Below are positions 38,631-51,773 of a stretch of DNA of 64,000 bases, one piece after another (the stretch's first letter is position 1; each line of letters opens with the position of its first letter). The position numbers and the translations under genes were made by a program. This DNA comes from Octopus sinensis (lineage: Eukaryota), in contig NC_042999.1 in the NCBI RefSeq assembly GCF_006345805.1, positions 125,240,001 through 125,304,000 on the forward strand, given 5' to 3'. The notes beneath the pieces were generated by a model, which worked only from the letters and a program-made list of their open reading frames with translations, was not told where the DNA came from and did not search any database.

Positions 38631-39300
38631 ATTATATTATCAATATCTTTTCTCCTTTCCATATTTCGTCTCGTCCGCGAACCCCCTCCCCCGCCTCTGC
38701 CCCATTTGGAGGGGTGACCTGACAGAGTTTTGCCGGTTAAAGAGGCTAGTCGTTGCTTATGTTGACATTCAGACACCTCGTGTGTTTTCCTCGTGTAAGT
38801 AAACTGGAGTAAGAAAATACAAACATTGGTAATCTTTAATATAAAGCTTCTACATTCAGATAACAACGAATTCAACAAGTTTATCTTTATACGTGTGTGT
38901 GTGTGTGTGTGTGTGTTTAGCTTTATTAAATGTCTATATATTGCTCGAGACTGTGCTGCGAGTATGGGTGGGGTTAAGTGATACAATACACACACACACA
39001 TATATATTATCACTTTACCTCACCCATATATTTATACATAGATGTGAGGTGTGAAGATGTATAATCGGCTGAATCCGTTTGGTAAAGTGGATCTCCGTCG
39101 TTTTCGACGAGGAGCATTCAGCTGTCTGATCAACTGAATTCTTAGTCATTGAATTAATAATATTTTAGTGGTTGGGAGTGAGTATTCCTTAGACATGTAT
39201 ACTCTGAACGTAACACTGTGTGACGAGGACGAACCTTTAAATTCAAATTACAACTACAGTTCATCCAACGAGCTTACTTTCACACTATTTCCACCTACAT

Positions 39301-39549
39301 CAGTAGTTTTCAATTGGAGTCCATATGGCCCCTAGGGAGGTTCATATAAGATTTTGTTGTTAAAATTTATCCGCAATAAATTGGTTATACATCTACAATA
39401 CAGAAAATATTTTAACCACCTGTTTTATACATTTTCTAATATTTACGCTGAGGTTTTAAACATCGAATTGCTAGGAGGGTCCATCCGAGTAAAAAGGGAA
39501 TCAAAGGGGTCCACAAGTAAAAAAAAAAAAAAAATTGCCCGACACACTG
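39301..39549 (+). mobile_element. hAT (Charlie-like) MITE with 8-bp TSD
   Basis: Starts CAGTAGTTTTCAATTGG; flanks ACCTACAT / ATCTACAT (7/8); reverse-oriented copy at 58932-59185; right-end fragment at ~13488-13533. Confidence 0.8.
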
Positions 39550-39779
39550 ATCTACATGGTTTCACTGTCAAGGGCTGATAAAAGGTGTCATGCAGTGGGA
39601 TCGAAACTGGGACCTTCGGACTGCCAAGCGAAATTCTTAACCATTCAGCCATGCTACATAAATATTTAAAAAAAAAAACAGGTACAACGTCGATTTCCCT
39701 AAATCTTTGGTTCCCAAACCTTTTCTGGATAACCGAGTTTAATACCCACTAAATTAAATATCAAATTAACTTAAATAAC

Positions 39780-40175
39780 ACTTTTGTCGTTGGATAGTAA
39801 CTGTTATTTCCTATTTGCTTGCCCCTAGAAAGTTTGAAAAATGGCTATTTCCTTCAAACTTTGCTTTTGTTAAATATATTCAAACTCCCAAAGAATCCCT
39901 TTCAACACATGACTATGATGCTCTCCCCCACTATTCCTGGCCATGATCAGAGACGCATACATTGACAGCCTCTAAGGGACATGCTCAAACGGTTGGTCAA
40001 ACTACTGACAAGCAAATCTATGGTACTGAGCAAAATATTTCCTATAAGGATATTTTTGCTTCAACAACTCAGAGCTGAATTTGTCTGGAATGTAATGGAA
40101 AGTAAGTCAGTTTCAAAACATTGATGTCCAGGTCACAAACGCAAAGTTTGAAGGGAATAGTAGTCATTTCCTTTG
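39780..40175 (+). repeat. single-arm copy of the repeat forming the 6226-7086 foldback
   Basis: Aligns with the reverse complement of 6690-7086. Confidence 0.8.
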
Positions 40176-42044
40176 ACTTCACACTTACAGACCGAAGACG
40201 AAAAAAAAAATTTAAATACAGGTACCTGTACATTAGTGCAGATTATAAGAGGTTCCGGACCATCATCTGGTGCTGTGTCTGTATATTGTTGATATTCGCA
40301 TTACCAACTTCGGAATTGTTAAAGGTAAAGACAGAAGTACTATGATGAAGTCACCACATTTTGTAATGCATCTTGGGTTGGCATTATGCAGTTTTGCCCA
40401 TTCCACGTCAGTAGCTAGGGGAGGGGTCGAGAGGCGGTCAGCCCCCAAGCGACGCTTTTATGAAAGTGACACTTTGGGCTCTAATGTATAAACCTATGTA
40501 GGCTGTATAGAAATAAAAAATGTTTCGATTTTGAGCAACTATTCGCCGCCTACTCCATTCGCTAAAAACTTGAACTCTGAATGCGCACATCCTTCAAGTA
40601 GCAGTCAAATCACAATTATTGCCTTAAAAAATGAAGGATACGTTGGATAATTAGTTGGAGATACAATATGTTTGTGTGGGAAGGTGGAAGGGTCACGACT
40701 GGAATTCATTTGGTCATAGATCTGCTCGAACGCTACTGACCTGGAGCTATATAACATTATCAACGATTAATTTTAAGTATTTATATGAATATATTAATTA
40801 GGTTAATTCTGATAGAAATTTAATTTAAGTTCTTTGTTTCCTTTTTTTTTTTACCATCTCAGACACTGGTGACGTGAAGGAAAGTTAGTACTTATAGTAA
40901 TAAAAGAATCGGTTTTGTAGATGCTACAACCGCAGTTTGTTTATACTTTTATCATAAATGGCTAGATGGTCATAGATCAGCTTTTCTAACAGTGATATTT
41001 TAGAGAGAGAGAGAGAGAGAGAGAGACTATGAATGGCAGGCAGAAGCTTTGGTCCATCGGCCCACCTCTGTCTCTCTTTCCTCTCTGTCTCTTACCTCTC
41101 TCTCTCTCCCTCTCTCTCTCACACACTCTCTCTCGACCAGGCACCTTGAGAATACAGAATACTTATTGAAGTGTTGGTTTGAGCTGATTCGAAGCGAAAC
41201 AAACACACATACACACGCTAGTATTGACATTTAATAAACCTGTGCATATATAAATATCCACACATATAATTGTCGATTCACGGAGAAATACCCTCGGACT
41301 ATCAACTACGTTATGTATACATCACAGTACATAAACTGGCAGGACAACACTACAGCCGCTCTTTTATAAACAGATAACTCGTTATACTTAATTTACTATC
41401 TCGCGGAAGCTGTCCCAATAACAAAAACACACCCTGGATTCCTTAAAGCCATGTTGGTTAATTTGGACCAACTGTAAGAGTCAGAAGACGGAGAAGCAAA
41501 ATTCCACCGAAGAAAACGAGATGGAACAGAAAAAAAAACACACTAAGACAAAAAAAATGTCAAAGCCTCCACCAAAGCTAGTAACACCGACATACAACCT
41601 GGTAGGCAGTCTTGATCATATCACTTTTATTTAGTCTGTATGCAAGTGTTTATCTTTTGTAAATTTCGGACAGAATATTCAGGTCCGACGATAAGATAAA
41701 AATGTAAATTACACAGAAAGATAACCAAAATATTCCTTTGTGCGACTGTGACCGTATGACAACCCGTTTCGTGTATGTGTGTACGCATGCATGCATAAAC
41801 CTTTTCGGCACCGCTGCATATCTCTCTTTCTACCTTTCTCTTTAGCTATCTCTTGATCTATCAAAGCTGTGTGTATGTTTGCGTGTGTGTGTGTGTGTGT
41901 GTACGTGTGTGTATGTGTTTAGATTTTTTCAAGCAAAATTACTGCGTTCGGGTATCGAAGAAAATATAAACATTCGCTTTTTTTATACTTGTTTGTCAAC
42001 TTCTTTCTATTTACACAATTTTTCAGTGTATTTTATACATACAT

Positions 42045-42115
42045 ACACACACACGCATATACATACACACACACACACATACATATACACACACACACAT
42101 ACATACATACATACA

Positions 42116-42145
<30 letters not shown>
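42045..42145. repeat. (AC)n/(ACAT)n microsatellite
   Basis: Direct reading. Confidence 0.95.
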
Positions 42146-42146
<1 letters not shown>

Positions 42147-44093
42147 GTGTTATCTTGTCTATGTGTCTATGTATCTGATGTGTGTGCGTGCGTGTAGCTA
42201 AAGATGTACATATGTATGCTTAGGGTATGCTACTACTAATACATTTCTACGCTCCTTCACACATGCACTATTTATAAACATTCTATACTGTCATACATTC
42301 ACATGTCCGTTAATTTCTACTGTTTTGTATATACTACAATGTTCAGTACACACATACCGTTTCAATTCTCTGATGTAGAAAGAGGAATGCGAAGTCCTAG
42401 GTCAAACGCGATTTATGTAGGCCCGTTGTCAAGAGATTTCTGTCGTGACTACCCTGTCTTTCATTCAGACGTATTATATGAAGGGCTACATACATTATCC
42501 AAACAGCCTTTCCTTTTTCACAATAGTAGATGTGATTTGAAAGAGATTTGGCTGCAATTTCTAGCAGGTGGAGTGGCTATGTAGAGGATCTGTCGGTGGC
42601 TCTTATGTATGTGTATGCGTGTGTTTATATACCTATGTGTATGAACCTGTATATGTTGGCTCGTATGTATGTATGTGTGTGTGTGTGTGTGTGTGATGAA
42701 CCTGTATATGTTGGCTCGTATGTATGTGTGTGTTTGCATGCATATTTTTCTTGGCTTTATTTTTCGAATTTCTCACCAATGGAAAAAGGGCCGGTTCTAG
42801 ACTAGAAACCACGAAGGCTCTTCCACTTGAAATTAGACATTGTTAACAGAATAGTCTTATTTATTGTCTGTCTGTCTGTATTCATTCATTCATCCATCCA
42901 TCCATTCGTTCCAGAGATAAAGTGTCGTTGACGGAGTACTACAGTTTCGCGCTCGAATCCAATCAGTGACGAGTCAACATAAAACACGTTTTTACGTCAG
43001 GTGGAAGGGTAGACGAAACATTATTATTAAATAGTTTAATATATACAGTGGCAAAAAAAGAATGTCAGCCGGTCCCTCACCAGTCTCGCAATCTAGGCTG
43101 GAGAAATAAATCACCTGAATGAATTAACACTTAAAGGACTTGTTTCATCCACACTCACAAAACCACATTTACACAACTACATTCTCACACAGAAAACTGC
43201 ATTCACGCAACCACGACCATATTCACATTCACACACATTCAAGGACATCATTTAATATGTTCAAGTGTATAGGCATTTTACATTTCAGCAGTGTTAGTTT
43301 GTATTGTGGTATAACAGGTGGTGGTGGATCGTTTTGTGATAGATCAGCCCTTGATTTTGTTCAGAATTATTGTTCAAACGCATTCCAGTTGTGACCATCG
43401 AATATATTATCGAATGTACCCGCGATAGCTGTTGTTGATGTTGCATGGTCTTAGGCCAGCCCTTGACTGAGCAGGTAGTCCCATTGATCAAAAACATTCC
43501 AACCGTAACTATCCCGTCTTTTTTGTAGAGTTGTGTACTACTACTAATACTACTACCACTACTATATTGTTTAATGTCCTTTATTTAAGATATTAACGGT
43601 TTTTGAGAAATATTTTAACTATTCAGAGTAGCCAAAGCGACTACGTAGATTCCCTCGTTGGATCGCCGCTCTTGTAGTTATTCTTGTGTGGCCCTGAATT
43701 ACTTCTAACTGGTCATGCGGAGCTATGTGCAAAAACATCCCAGCTGTAGTCATCCGTCTTTTTTCTTATCTAAAACAATGCGATCCGATGTTTTGTATCT
43801 CTATTTTTAGGACGGTAGGGCGTGATTCTAAAAAAATTTATTGTATTACTTCTATCAGGTAGCAAAGGTGCTATCATATTCCACCTGTTGCTCCTGTATC
43901 ATTTTCCACTTTGATATCATTGCTGGTAGTGCTTTGCCCGACCACTAATTTTAATTGACTATCGCAGAGCACATGATAAGCCACGAAATGGCTTCATTTA
44001 CCTCAGGAAACTTACTGTATCATAACTTTACTTTTTTTCTATCTCTTTTTCTCTCCCCCTCCTCTTTATCTCTTTCTCACCTTTCTCTATATA

Positions 44094-44124
<31 letters not shown>

Positions 44125-45514
44125 ATTTATTTTGGGAATATTGGATCTCAAGGTAGAAGATTAAAGCTGTAAATAATAGCGTGTAAGTATTGGATTAAAA
44201 AGAAACCTTTGGATAGAAAAGTCGAGGGCTGGTCGTGGAGACTTGGGTTCGAAGTTCACGGACAGCCTTTACCTTTTTCATCTAAATGGTTGTTTTTTTT
44301 TAACTCAATAATTTACACGCTATTATTTATAGCTTTATTTTAAGCTTCGAGAGCCAATGTTCCAACAAAGAACTAATTGACGGTTAAAGTTTATAAATTT
44401 ATATACGTCAATGCACGCGCGGACACACACGCGCATATTCTAGGAAAAACAATCCAAAGAGCTAAAATACATGAATACTTGCTAATGACTTGATGAGTAT
44501 GAAACCACTTAAATTCGAATACGTATTTTGAATATCTGTTTACACATAAGTATATATTGTATATATTAACATAACGTATGTTTCTTTGTGTATGTAAACA
44601 CACAGACATGTTTATATTTCTATAAATTATTTCTGCATGTGTGTGTGCGTTTTGTTTGTTTTTACTTATAGTTTATTATATATTAAACACCCAAACATTA
44701 TTTGAAGTACCACTCATTAAAGTTAAGTGGAATATCACAATTATTTTTACAAGGAAAATGGTTGACAGTCACTTCGAAGTTTCACTGGTCCTTGATTTCC
44801 TCAGACTGCCTGACGGATCCCACCGACTGGGAAAGCTTCGAAGTCAATGTCCACCATTTTTCCTATATGTAGTGTGTGTGTGTGTGTGTGTTTGAGAGAG
44901 AAAGAGAGAGAGTCGGGTGTAGTCCTACTACACGATACCTTGGGCAAATATCATCTACTATAGCCCCGGGTCGACCAATATCTTGTGAGTGAATTTGGTA
45001 AAGGAGACTATGCGGAAGCCAATTGTGTGTGTTTTGTGGCTGTGCCTCCCACCACTTGACAACCGATATTGGTTTGTTTACGTCCCTGCATCAAGCTGTT
45101 CAGCAAAGATACCAAAAGAATAAGTATCAAACTTAAAATTAAGAAGTACTGTAGTTGATTTATTCGACTAAACTCTTCAAGGTGGTACCCGAGCAGACCA
45201 ATGACTGACACAACTAAAAGCTAATAAGTACATACATTAGTGGTGATTCCTACATGAGTGCGAGTCATGCAATGCTGACCTAAAATAAATGAATGTATTT
45301 AAATAACAATCACGACACCCGGAAAGAGGGTACTTACATGCACAACGTACCCTTCTTCAATTTCATGCCTTTAATCTTTAAAATTGCATGTCCTGTCTTT
45401 AAGAAGCAGGGTTGCTTTTCTGGTAATTGCCTCTATCATCGCTTCCCCTATTGCTGATACGTTTGTTTTGTTTTTGTTTTTTGGTTTTTTTTTGGGGGGG
45501 GGCAGTAACACCAG

Positions 45515-45683
45515 GGGCAAGCATAGTTATGTGGTTAACAAGCTCGCTTTGCTACCACATGGTTTCGATTTCGGCCCCGCTGCGCGGCACTTTGAAGCAA
45601 GTGTTCTCAACTATAGCCTCATGCCGATCAATGCTCTTTGTGAGCGGATTTGATAGACGGAAACTGAAAGAAAACTCGTATTG

Positions 45684-45722
<39 letters not shown>

Positions 45723-45968
45723 ATGCGTTTGCGTGTGTGTGTGTGTGCATGCGTTTGCGTGTGTGTGTGTGTGTAAATGTCCTCTCATACCGCCTGACAA
45801 TCAGTGTTGGTTTGTTTACGTCCTTGTAAATTAGCGGTTCGACTGAAGAGACTGGCAGAATACGTACCAAACTTAATCTGGTACCAGACTGAAATCGGTT
45901 TGTTCGACTAAAACCCTTCAGTGCGGTGCTCCAGTATGGCCGCTGTCCAATGCCTGAAACAAGTAAAA
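45515..45968 (+). mobile_element. SINE family A copy with expanded internal (TG)n
   Basis: Head, core, microsatellite and tail GAAACAAGTAAAA; a partial copy lies at 44925-45215. Confidence 0.82.
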
Positions 45969-46215
45969 CGTGTGTGTACATAGATGATGTAATAGTCTGC
46001 TGGTTTAGAATGCTATTCAGCGGTCACTTTAGCCAGAACTTACCATTAGATATAAATGACATAATGAGATTGCTTATTTAGATCTTTCTCTGTGTATGTG
46101 TGTGATTATGCAATTTCAGAACAAGTTAGAAACTGTTCTGGATTTCAACCACTTGTGCACTGCGTACTTAAGTGCATTTGTGGTGTGTATATGTGCAAAT
46201 GCGAACACTCCTCCC

Positions 46216-46264
<49 letters not shown>

Positions 46265-46477
46265 TCTCTGTCTCACTCACACACAGACACACACACACAA
46301 ACATGCTCACATATTGATTCTGTATTCTTGATAAATTTGTATGCAGATTCGCACAGATTCTAGCGTTTGTCCATCTTGAGACAAACTTGGGTTGATATAC
46401 TGTGCTCTTTCTTATATACTTTAGTTTAGAATATAACAACTCCAGTACTCACTACTTTGACAGACGAAAAGAGAGAG

Positions 46478-46514
<37 letters not shown>

Positions 46515-47824
46515 AGCCTAGTTAGTACTTTGATGGGTGACCACTTGAGTGACCACTTGGGAAACCCAAGTGTTGTATGCATCTCACATTTTCAAGGTGG
46601 TGACCAAGCATGGTTGCAGTCAAATGACTGAAACAAGTAAAAGGTAAAAGATATATATATATAAGCACTAAATTGGAGCCGACAGGTGCATTCTGAGCTA
46701 AATGATTTTAATGAAAACTAGGTTTAAATCGTTACAGATGTAGCAATTAATCGTTTTTAAGTGTGACATTTTTGTTACTGTTATTCTTCCTTCTATACTG
46801 TTTAATCTTGTTTAACAACTGTGCACCGCTATTTTGTGGAAGCAGTACTACCTTACCAATAACCATTTAGCAATGGTTGGTCCAAGAATTTAATACATCA
46901 GTTTGTCTTTGAATTGAAACGTTTCCGATTAAACTAAGTAAATATCTTGATCGTTTTGATACGCAGTTAAATAAGTTGATGTCTGGAAATCAATATGTTG
47001 CAATATATAAATCTTACGCAAGCATGGGAAGAAGTCTGGGAGTTGAAATATGTTTATAAACAGTAGACAGTCTTTGAGATAACGAAGTGTGTTACAAGAC
47101 CTTTAAAAACTTTCAGCAGTCCTCTGTTTATATGACATGTCTCTTCTCTTCGGGTAAGGGTGTATTTGTTGAGGCGTTTATTTAATGAAATACGAACTAT
47201 TTCGTTGAGTAAAGGCTTCGCTACCTAAGAAACTAAACGTTGTGCTGTGTTCTCGCCTGTTTCGGTTTGTATAAAGCCAATATCACAGTAGTTCCTCTTT
47301 TGAAGCAAGTCCGAGATATTTTACTGGTATGCTCCCAGGAAATTGTTTACACTTTTGCAATATTGTTGGAGAAAGATACATTTGCAGACAGAATTTCCTG
47401 CAAAACAAAAGCAATTTTGACATTAAATATTGCTTCCTCGTTTGGTACAAAGTAAACGGCTTCGTTGTGTGTATCTTTGATCATAACGAAGGGAACAAAA
47501 TTTTAATGGATTAAAAGATATTATTCAGTCCAGCCATACATATGAACTTGTGTGCAAATAGTTTTATTACGAACAACCAGAGTCTAACGAAAGTAGTGGT
47601 ACTTCGGTAAAAGCCATCTAAATTTGAATAAGCTTGTATTGCTCAGTACTATCTTAAACAATTTAAATTTCCCTTTCTAGGAAAGAAAGATTTCTGCTCG
47701 TAACGTCTTCAAACTTAAAGCTTAGTAGCTTCTCAAATTTCGTCAGTTTAGTAAAATGTACGTTTGTCATGAATTATCTAACAGCGAATGAAGAATTATA
47801 AGGAATGGTGTCTGATTCGGCGAA

Positions 47825-48210
47825 ATCATTACAGTGTCGGACAAAATGCCCAGCGGTATTTCATCCTTTCACAGCCTTTCATCCTTTCAGGGATCGATGT
47901 AATCGACAAATCCCTTCTCTCTAAAATTACTGGCCTTGTGTTGAGATAAGAATCATTAGCACATCGGGAAAAATGTATAGCGCTATTTCGCCCGTTTTTG
48001 CATTCTGAGTTCAAATTCCGCTGAGGCCGACTTTGCCTTTTATCCTTTCGGGATAGATGAAATAAGTACCAGTTGAACATCGGGATCGATAAAATAAGTA
48101 TCAGTTGAACATCGGGATCGATAAAATAAGTATCAGTTGAATATCGGGCTCGATGTAATCGACTATCCCACTTCCCAAAAAGTTCCAAGCCTTGTGCCTT
48201 TAGTAGAAAG
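47825..48210 (+). mobile_element. tandem SINE family B copies; second has a 3x32-bp internal expansion
   Basis: Core motifs; GAT(G/A)AAATAAGTA(C/T)CAGTTGAACATCGGGATC units at 48056, 48088 and 48120. Confidence 0.8.
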
Positions 48211-48974
48211 GATTATTATTAGCTGTAGTGGTGATGGTGATGGTGGTATTCGGGACATAACGGGGGACTACAGAATCGCGCGATCTTTCGGTACTAGATA
48301 CATAGCTGTCACTTATAAACCCACGTGGGTTTATTTACATTTCTGAAGAAAAAAGAAACCGTCCCCCCCACCCTAACCCTAACCCCACATATATAAAAAA
48401 AAAGAAATTTTACGGAAAGTGACGATCTTCTTAAAATGTAAACAAATACACGTGATATAAACGGTACTCGTATCGAAAGAATGCCCAGAATCGTTACAGC
48501 GTTGGACAAAATGCCTTGCAGTATTTTAACCCTTGGCATTCTCAGTTCAATTCTCAGCGAGGTCGATTTAACCAGCCCTACTTACCCCCAAAATTTGTGG
48601 CCTTATGCCGAAGTTAGACGTCAATAATTATGATGGTATTGGTCGTGTTTTTCTTCCTCACCATATATCCTTGTCTCCAATGCATACACACGCGAGCGGC
48701 TGTACAATCCTACACTGCATGAACCACTGCTAACTGTATCAACTTATATAACTAATATGGTCGTAAATAAATTCTTACTAACAGCATCTCTTTCTATTTA
48801 CTTGCCCAACCCATTAACCGAACCTTGATAAAAGTTGACTCAAAGATACCCGCGTGCGCTTCTATCCAGGCATTACTTGCATAATTTTCTTCTTTTATTA
48901 CTAATGTATGTATGTATGTATGTATGTATGTATGTCTGCATGCATGCATGCATGCATCTATCTATCTATCTATC

Positions 48975-49366
48975 TTCTGTTTTTAATCATTTAAATTCTC
49001 CCTCTGGAAGAAGGAGCTGGTTTCTAACAAAGATAGAAAGCTCCATCTTTGGAATGTGGATACCGGAAACTTTGTCACATTTTAAACCTGAGAAAAGTCT
49101 TGCATTGTTTTACGCTTCCGCTTACAGATTTTATTTCTAATGTGCGAATCAATTGGTTGATATCTTTCTCTGAAAATCCAAGCTTATCCAGACTGACAGG
49201 TATTTGCTTTCAAAACCAAGTGTTCCAATTATTAATGATATAAATGTAAATTTATAATCCGGATATTGAAGCTGGCGGTTTCGAAGCAGTTGTCCATAGT
49301 AATCTTCTTTCTCTTTGATTTTCAAAAGGATATTCACATCAGCAAGACAGCTGATCGCTATGTCTG
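48975..49366 (-). mobile_element. 5'-truncated non-LTR retrotransposon with restriction-like endonuclease (RLE) C-terminus and 3' UTR
   Basis: DIAISCLADVNILLKIKEKEDYYGQLLRNRQLQYPDYKFTFISLIIGTLG, frameshift, LDKLGFSEKDINQLIRTLEIKSVSGSVKQCKTFLRFKM* (stop 49075-49077); both flanks are tetranucleotide microsatellite. Confidence 0.82.
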
Positions 49367-49559
49367 TACGTATGTATATATATATATGCATGCATGTATG
49401 TACGTACGTATGTATGTATGTATGTATGTATGCATGCATGCATGCATGCATGCATGTATGTATGTATGTATGTATGTATGTATGTATGTATGTATGTATG
49501 TATGTATGTATGTATGTATGTATGTCTGTATGCATGCATATATATATATATATATATAT

Positions 49560-50725
49560 AACGGGAAGCTTTATGAAAATAAACAAAAGACGAAGGCAGG
49601 TGGAAAACAAACGACAATTGTATTAGTATGGCGCTCAGAAATATAAATAAAACAAGTCTTTAACGTTTCGAGCCTACGCTCTTCACAGAAAGATCACAGA
49701 GAGAGAAAAACACAGAAAGAAGAGAGAAAAAAAATGCGTGCAGTAGCTAACGAATCAACATGGCGATCTGATTTCGGCCAGAGGTCAAAGATCAAACATG
49801 AGACGCGAGAGGCGAAATAAGGGAGATAATAGGGTTGATAAAAGGGGTTGAGGAACCAGCTAAAAGAGCGTGGGAGGGGTCTGGATGTGTGTATGTATAG
49901 GGTTGGTGTATGTATTAGTATGTATAAGGGTGTGTGGTTGGGTGTGTGTGTATGAGAGAGTATTAGTGCGTAGGATGGTCTGGACGTGCGTATGTATGGG
50001 GTGGTGTATGTATTAGTATGTATTAGTATGTATTAGTACGTATTGGTATGTATAGGTGTGTGTGGGGTGTGTGAGAGAATATAAGTGCGTATGCGGGGTC
50101 TGGACGTGTGTATGTATAGGGTTGGTGTAAGTTAGTATGTACTAGTATGTATTAGTACGTATTAGTATGTATTAGTTGGTGTGTGTATTGTATGGCACAT
50201 CATATGTGATGTGATGTGTAAAGTCATGTGGTGTAGTGAGGAGAAGAGGGGGGGGGGGGAAGAGAGGGGAGGAGAAGGGGGAAGAGGAGAGGATGGGGGA
50301 GAAGGAAGGGGAGAGAGAGGAGCAGAGGGAAGGGGAAGAGGGAGGGAGAAAGAGGGAGAAGGGAGGGAGTAGGGGTGAAAGGATGAAGGACTGAAGAAGT
50401 AGGGGTCGGGGGGAGAAAGGATAGGTGAGGAGGGGGGGGGGGGGGTTAGATGAGGAGGGGGGGAGAGTTTAGACCAAATGGCGTATAAGAGCGAAGAGAG
50501 AAGATATTCCTGTTCACGGCGCAAACGGGAATCCGGATGGCCTCTGTGTAAGGACAAACCGAACACAGATAGGTGTTGCAAGGAGTGACCGGGGAGCGGA
50601 AATGGCGTGAGACCGGTGTGTCGTTCGCAAGGTGGATGTCACGAAGGTGTTCCGCGAACCGGTCAGCCAAGCGGCGTCCCGTTTGTCCGATGTACAAGGA
50701 ATTGCAGAGAGACAAGAGATATATA
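49560..50725 (-). mobile_element. Penelope-like element, 5' truncated: GIY-YIG C-terminus, low-complexity 3' region and terminal repeat
   Basis: [39 protein letters not shown], frameshift to SLQHLSVFGLSLHRGHPDSRLRREQ..LRSY.PFGLN. Confidence 0.92.
49657..49693 (-). ncRNA. minimal type I hammerhead-ribozyme-like motif (core lacks A6)
   Basis: TCTTT-CTGTGA-A-GAGC-GTAG-GCTC-GAAA-C-GT-T-AAAGA: 5-bp stem I, 4-bp stem II, palindromic ACGT stem III. Confidence 0.7.
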
Positions 50726-50818
50726 TATATATACACACACACATTTATAAATGTGTGTATATATATGCCTGTGCGTGCGCGCGTGTGTATATATATATAT
50801 TATGTGTGTGTGTGTGTG

Positions 50819-50866
<48 letters not shown>

Positions 50867-50871
<5 letters not shown>

Positions 50872-51087
50872 CCAGCCTCGCCTGGCACCTGTGCAGGTGG
50901 CACGTAAAAAGCACCCACTACACTCACGGAGTGGTTGGCGTTAGGAAGGGCATCCAGCTGTAGAAACATTGCCAGATAAGACTGGAGCCTGGTGCAGCCT
51001 TCTGGCTTCCCAGATCCCCGGTCGAACCGTCCAACCCATGCTAGCATGGAGAACGGACGTTAAACGATGATGATGATGATGATGATT
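50867..51087 (+). mobile_element. 5'-truncated RTE-related non-autonomous retroelement (Ceph-SINE-like body) with (GAT)n tail
   Basis: GGTTGGCGTTAGGAAGGGCATCCAGCTGTAGAAAC body and GGACGTTAAACGATGATGATGAT 3' end; inserted in (TA)n. Confidence 0.8.
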
Positions 51088-51773
51088 ATATATATCCTTC
51101 GCTGATGAAGTCCACCTGGCCTGCTAACAAAGATTATTTTTAAAAATTAACTCCTTGGTATTATCTCCCTTGTCTTTGAAAGTCGCCAAGGTATTGTTTT
51201 CTTTCATTAGAAGGCAAATTTCAAGTAATTGTTTGTTTGTTTGTTTTTTTTTTGGTAGGGGTTGGGAGCTGATATTTTTTTCATATATCACCCCTTAAAC
51301 ATATATATGTGTATGTATGTGTGTGTATATATCTAGGTAACTTGGCTTGCTGTCTGTCTTCTTTCCTCCCTTTCAACATACCATTCCATATCTTGCGTAC
51401 ATGCACACACACCCTTAGTAAACTACTTAAATTACTTCTGTTGTCTATTGTGCTCTGAATTCAAAGAAATGGGGTGTTGATTGAAGATACATCACTGAAT
51501 AGAATATCACTTGTCTCGTCACATGGTGACACTCGCCAGACTTCACCCTGAGATCAACCCATTCTCCTTCATCCCTTATTATTTAAAGTTTAACACGTTC
51601 AACCGTATGTCTGAACTACTTTTGAGGCGTTCTATGACACGCGGTCTGCGCTTTATCCTTTATTCACAATTAATTTACATGCATGTGTGTACACGCACCT
51701 ACGCACAGTTACGTCTTTATCTTCTTGTTTCGGTGCTCTTCAGCCTGCCTCGTCGTTACTTTTTCTGCATTTA

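Noticed and set aside
40222-40324. Possible exon RYLYISADYKRFRTIIWCCVCILLIFALPTSELLK resembling a GPCR TM3-TM4 stretch
   Set aside because: The acceptor lacks a pyrimidine tract, the spacing does not fit, and no partner exons were found
48371-48386. CCCTAACCCTAACCCC telomere-like repeat
   Set aside because: Under three units; expected by chance in this repeat-rich DNA
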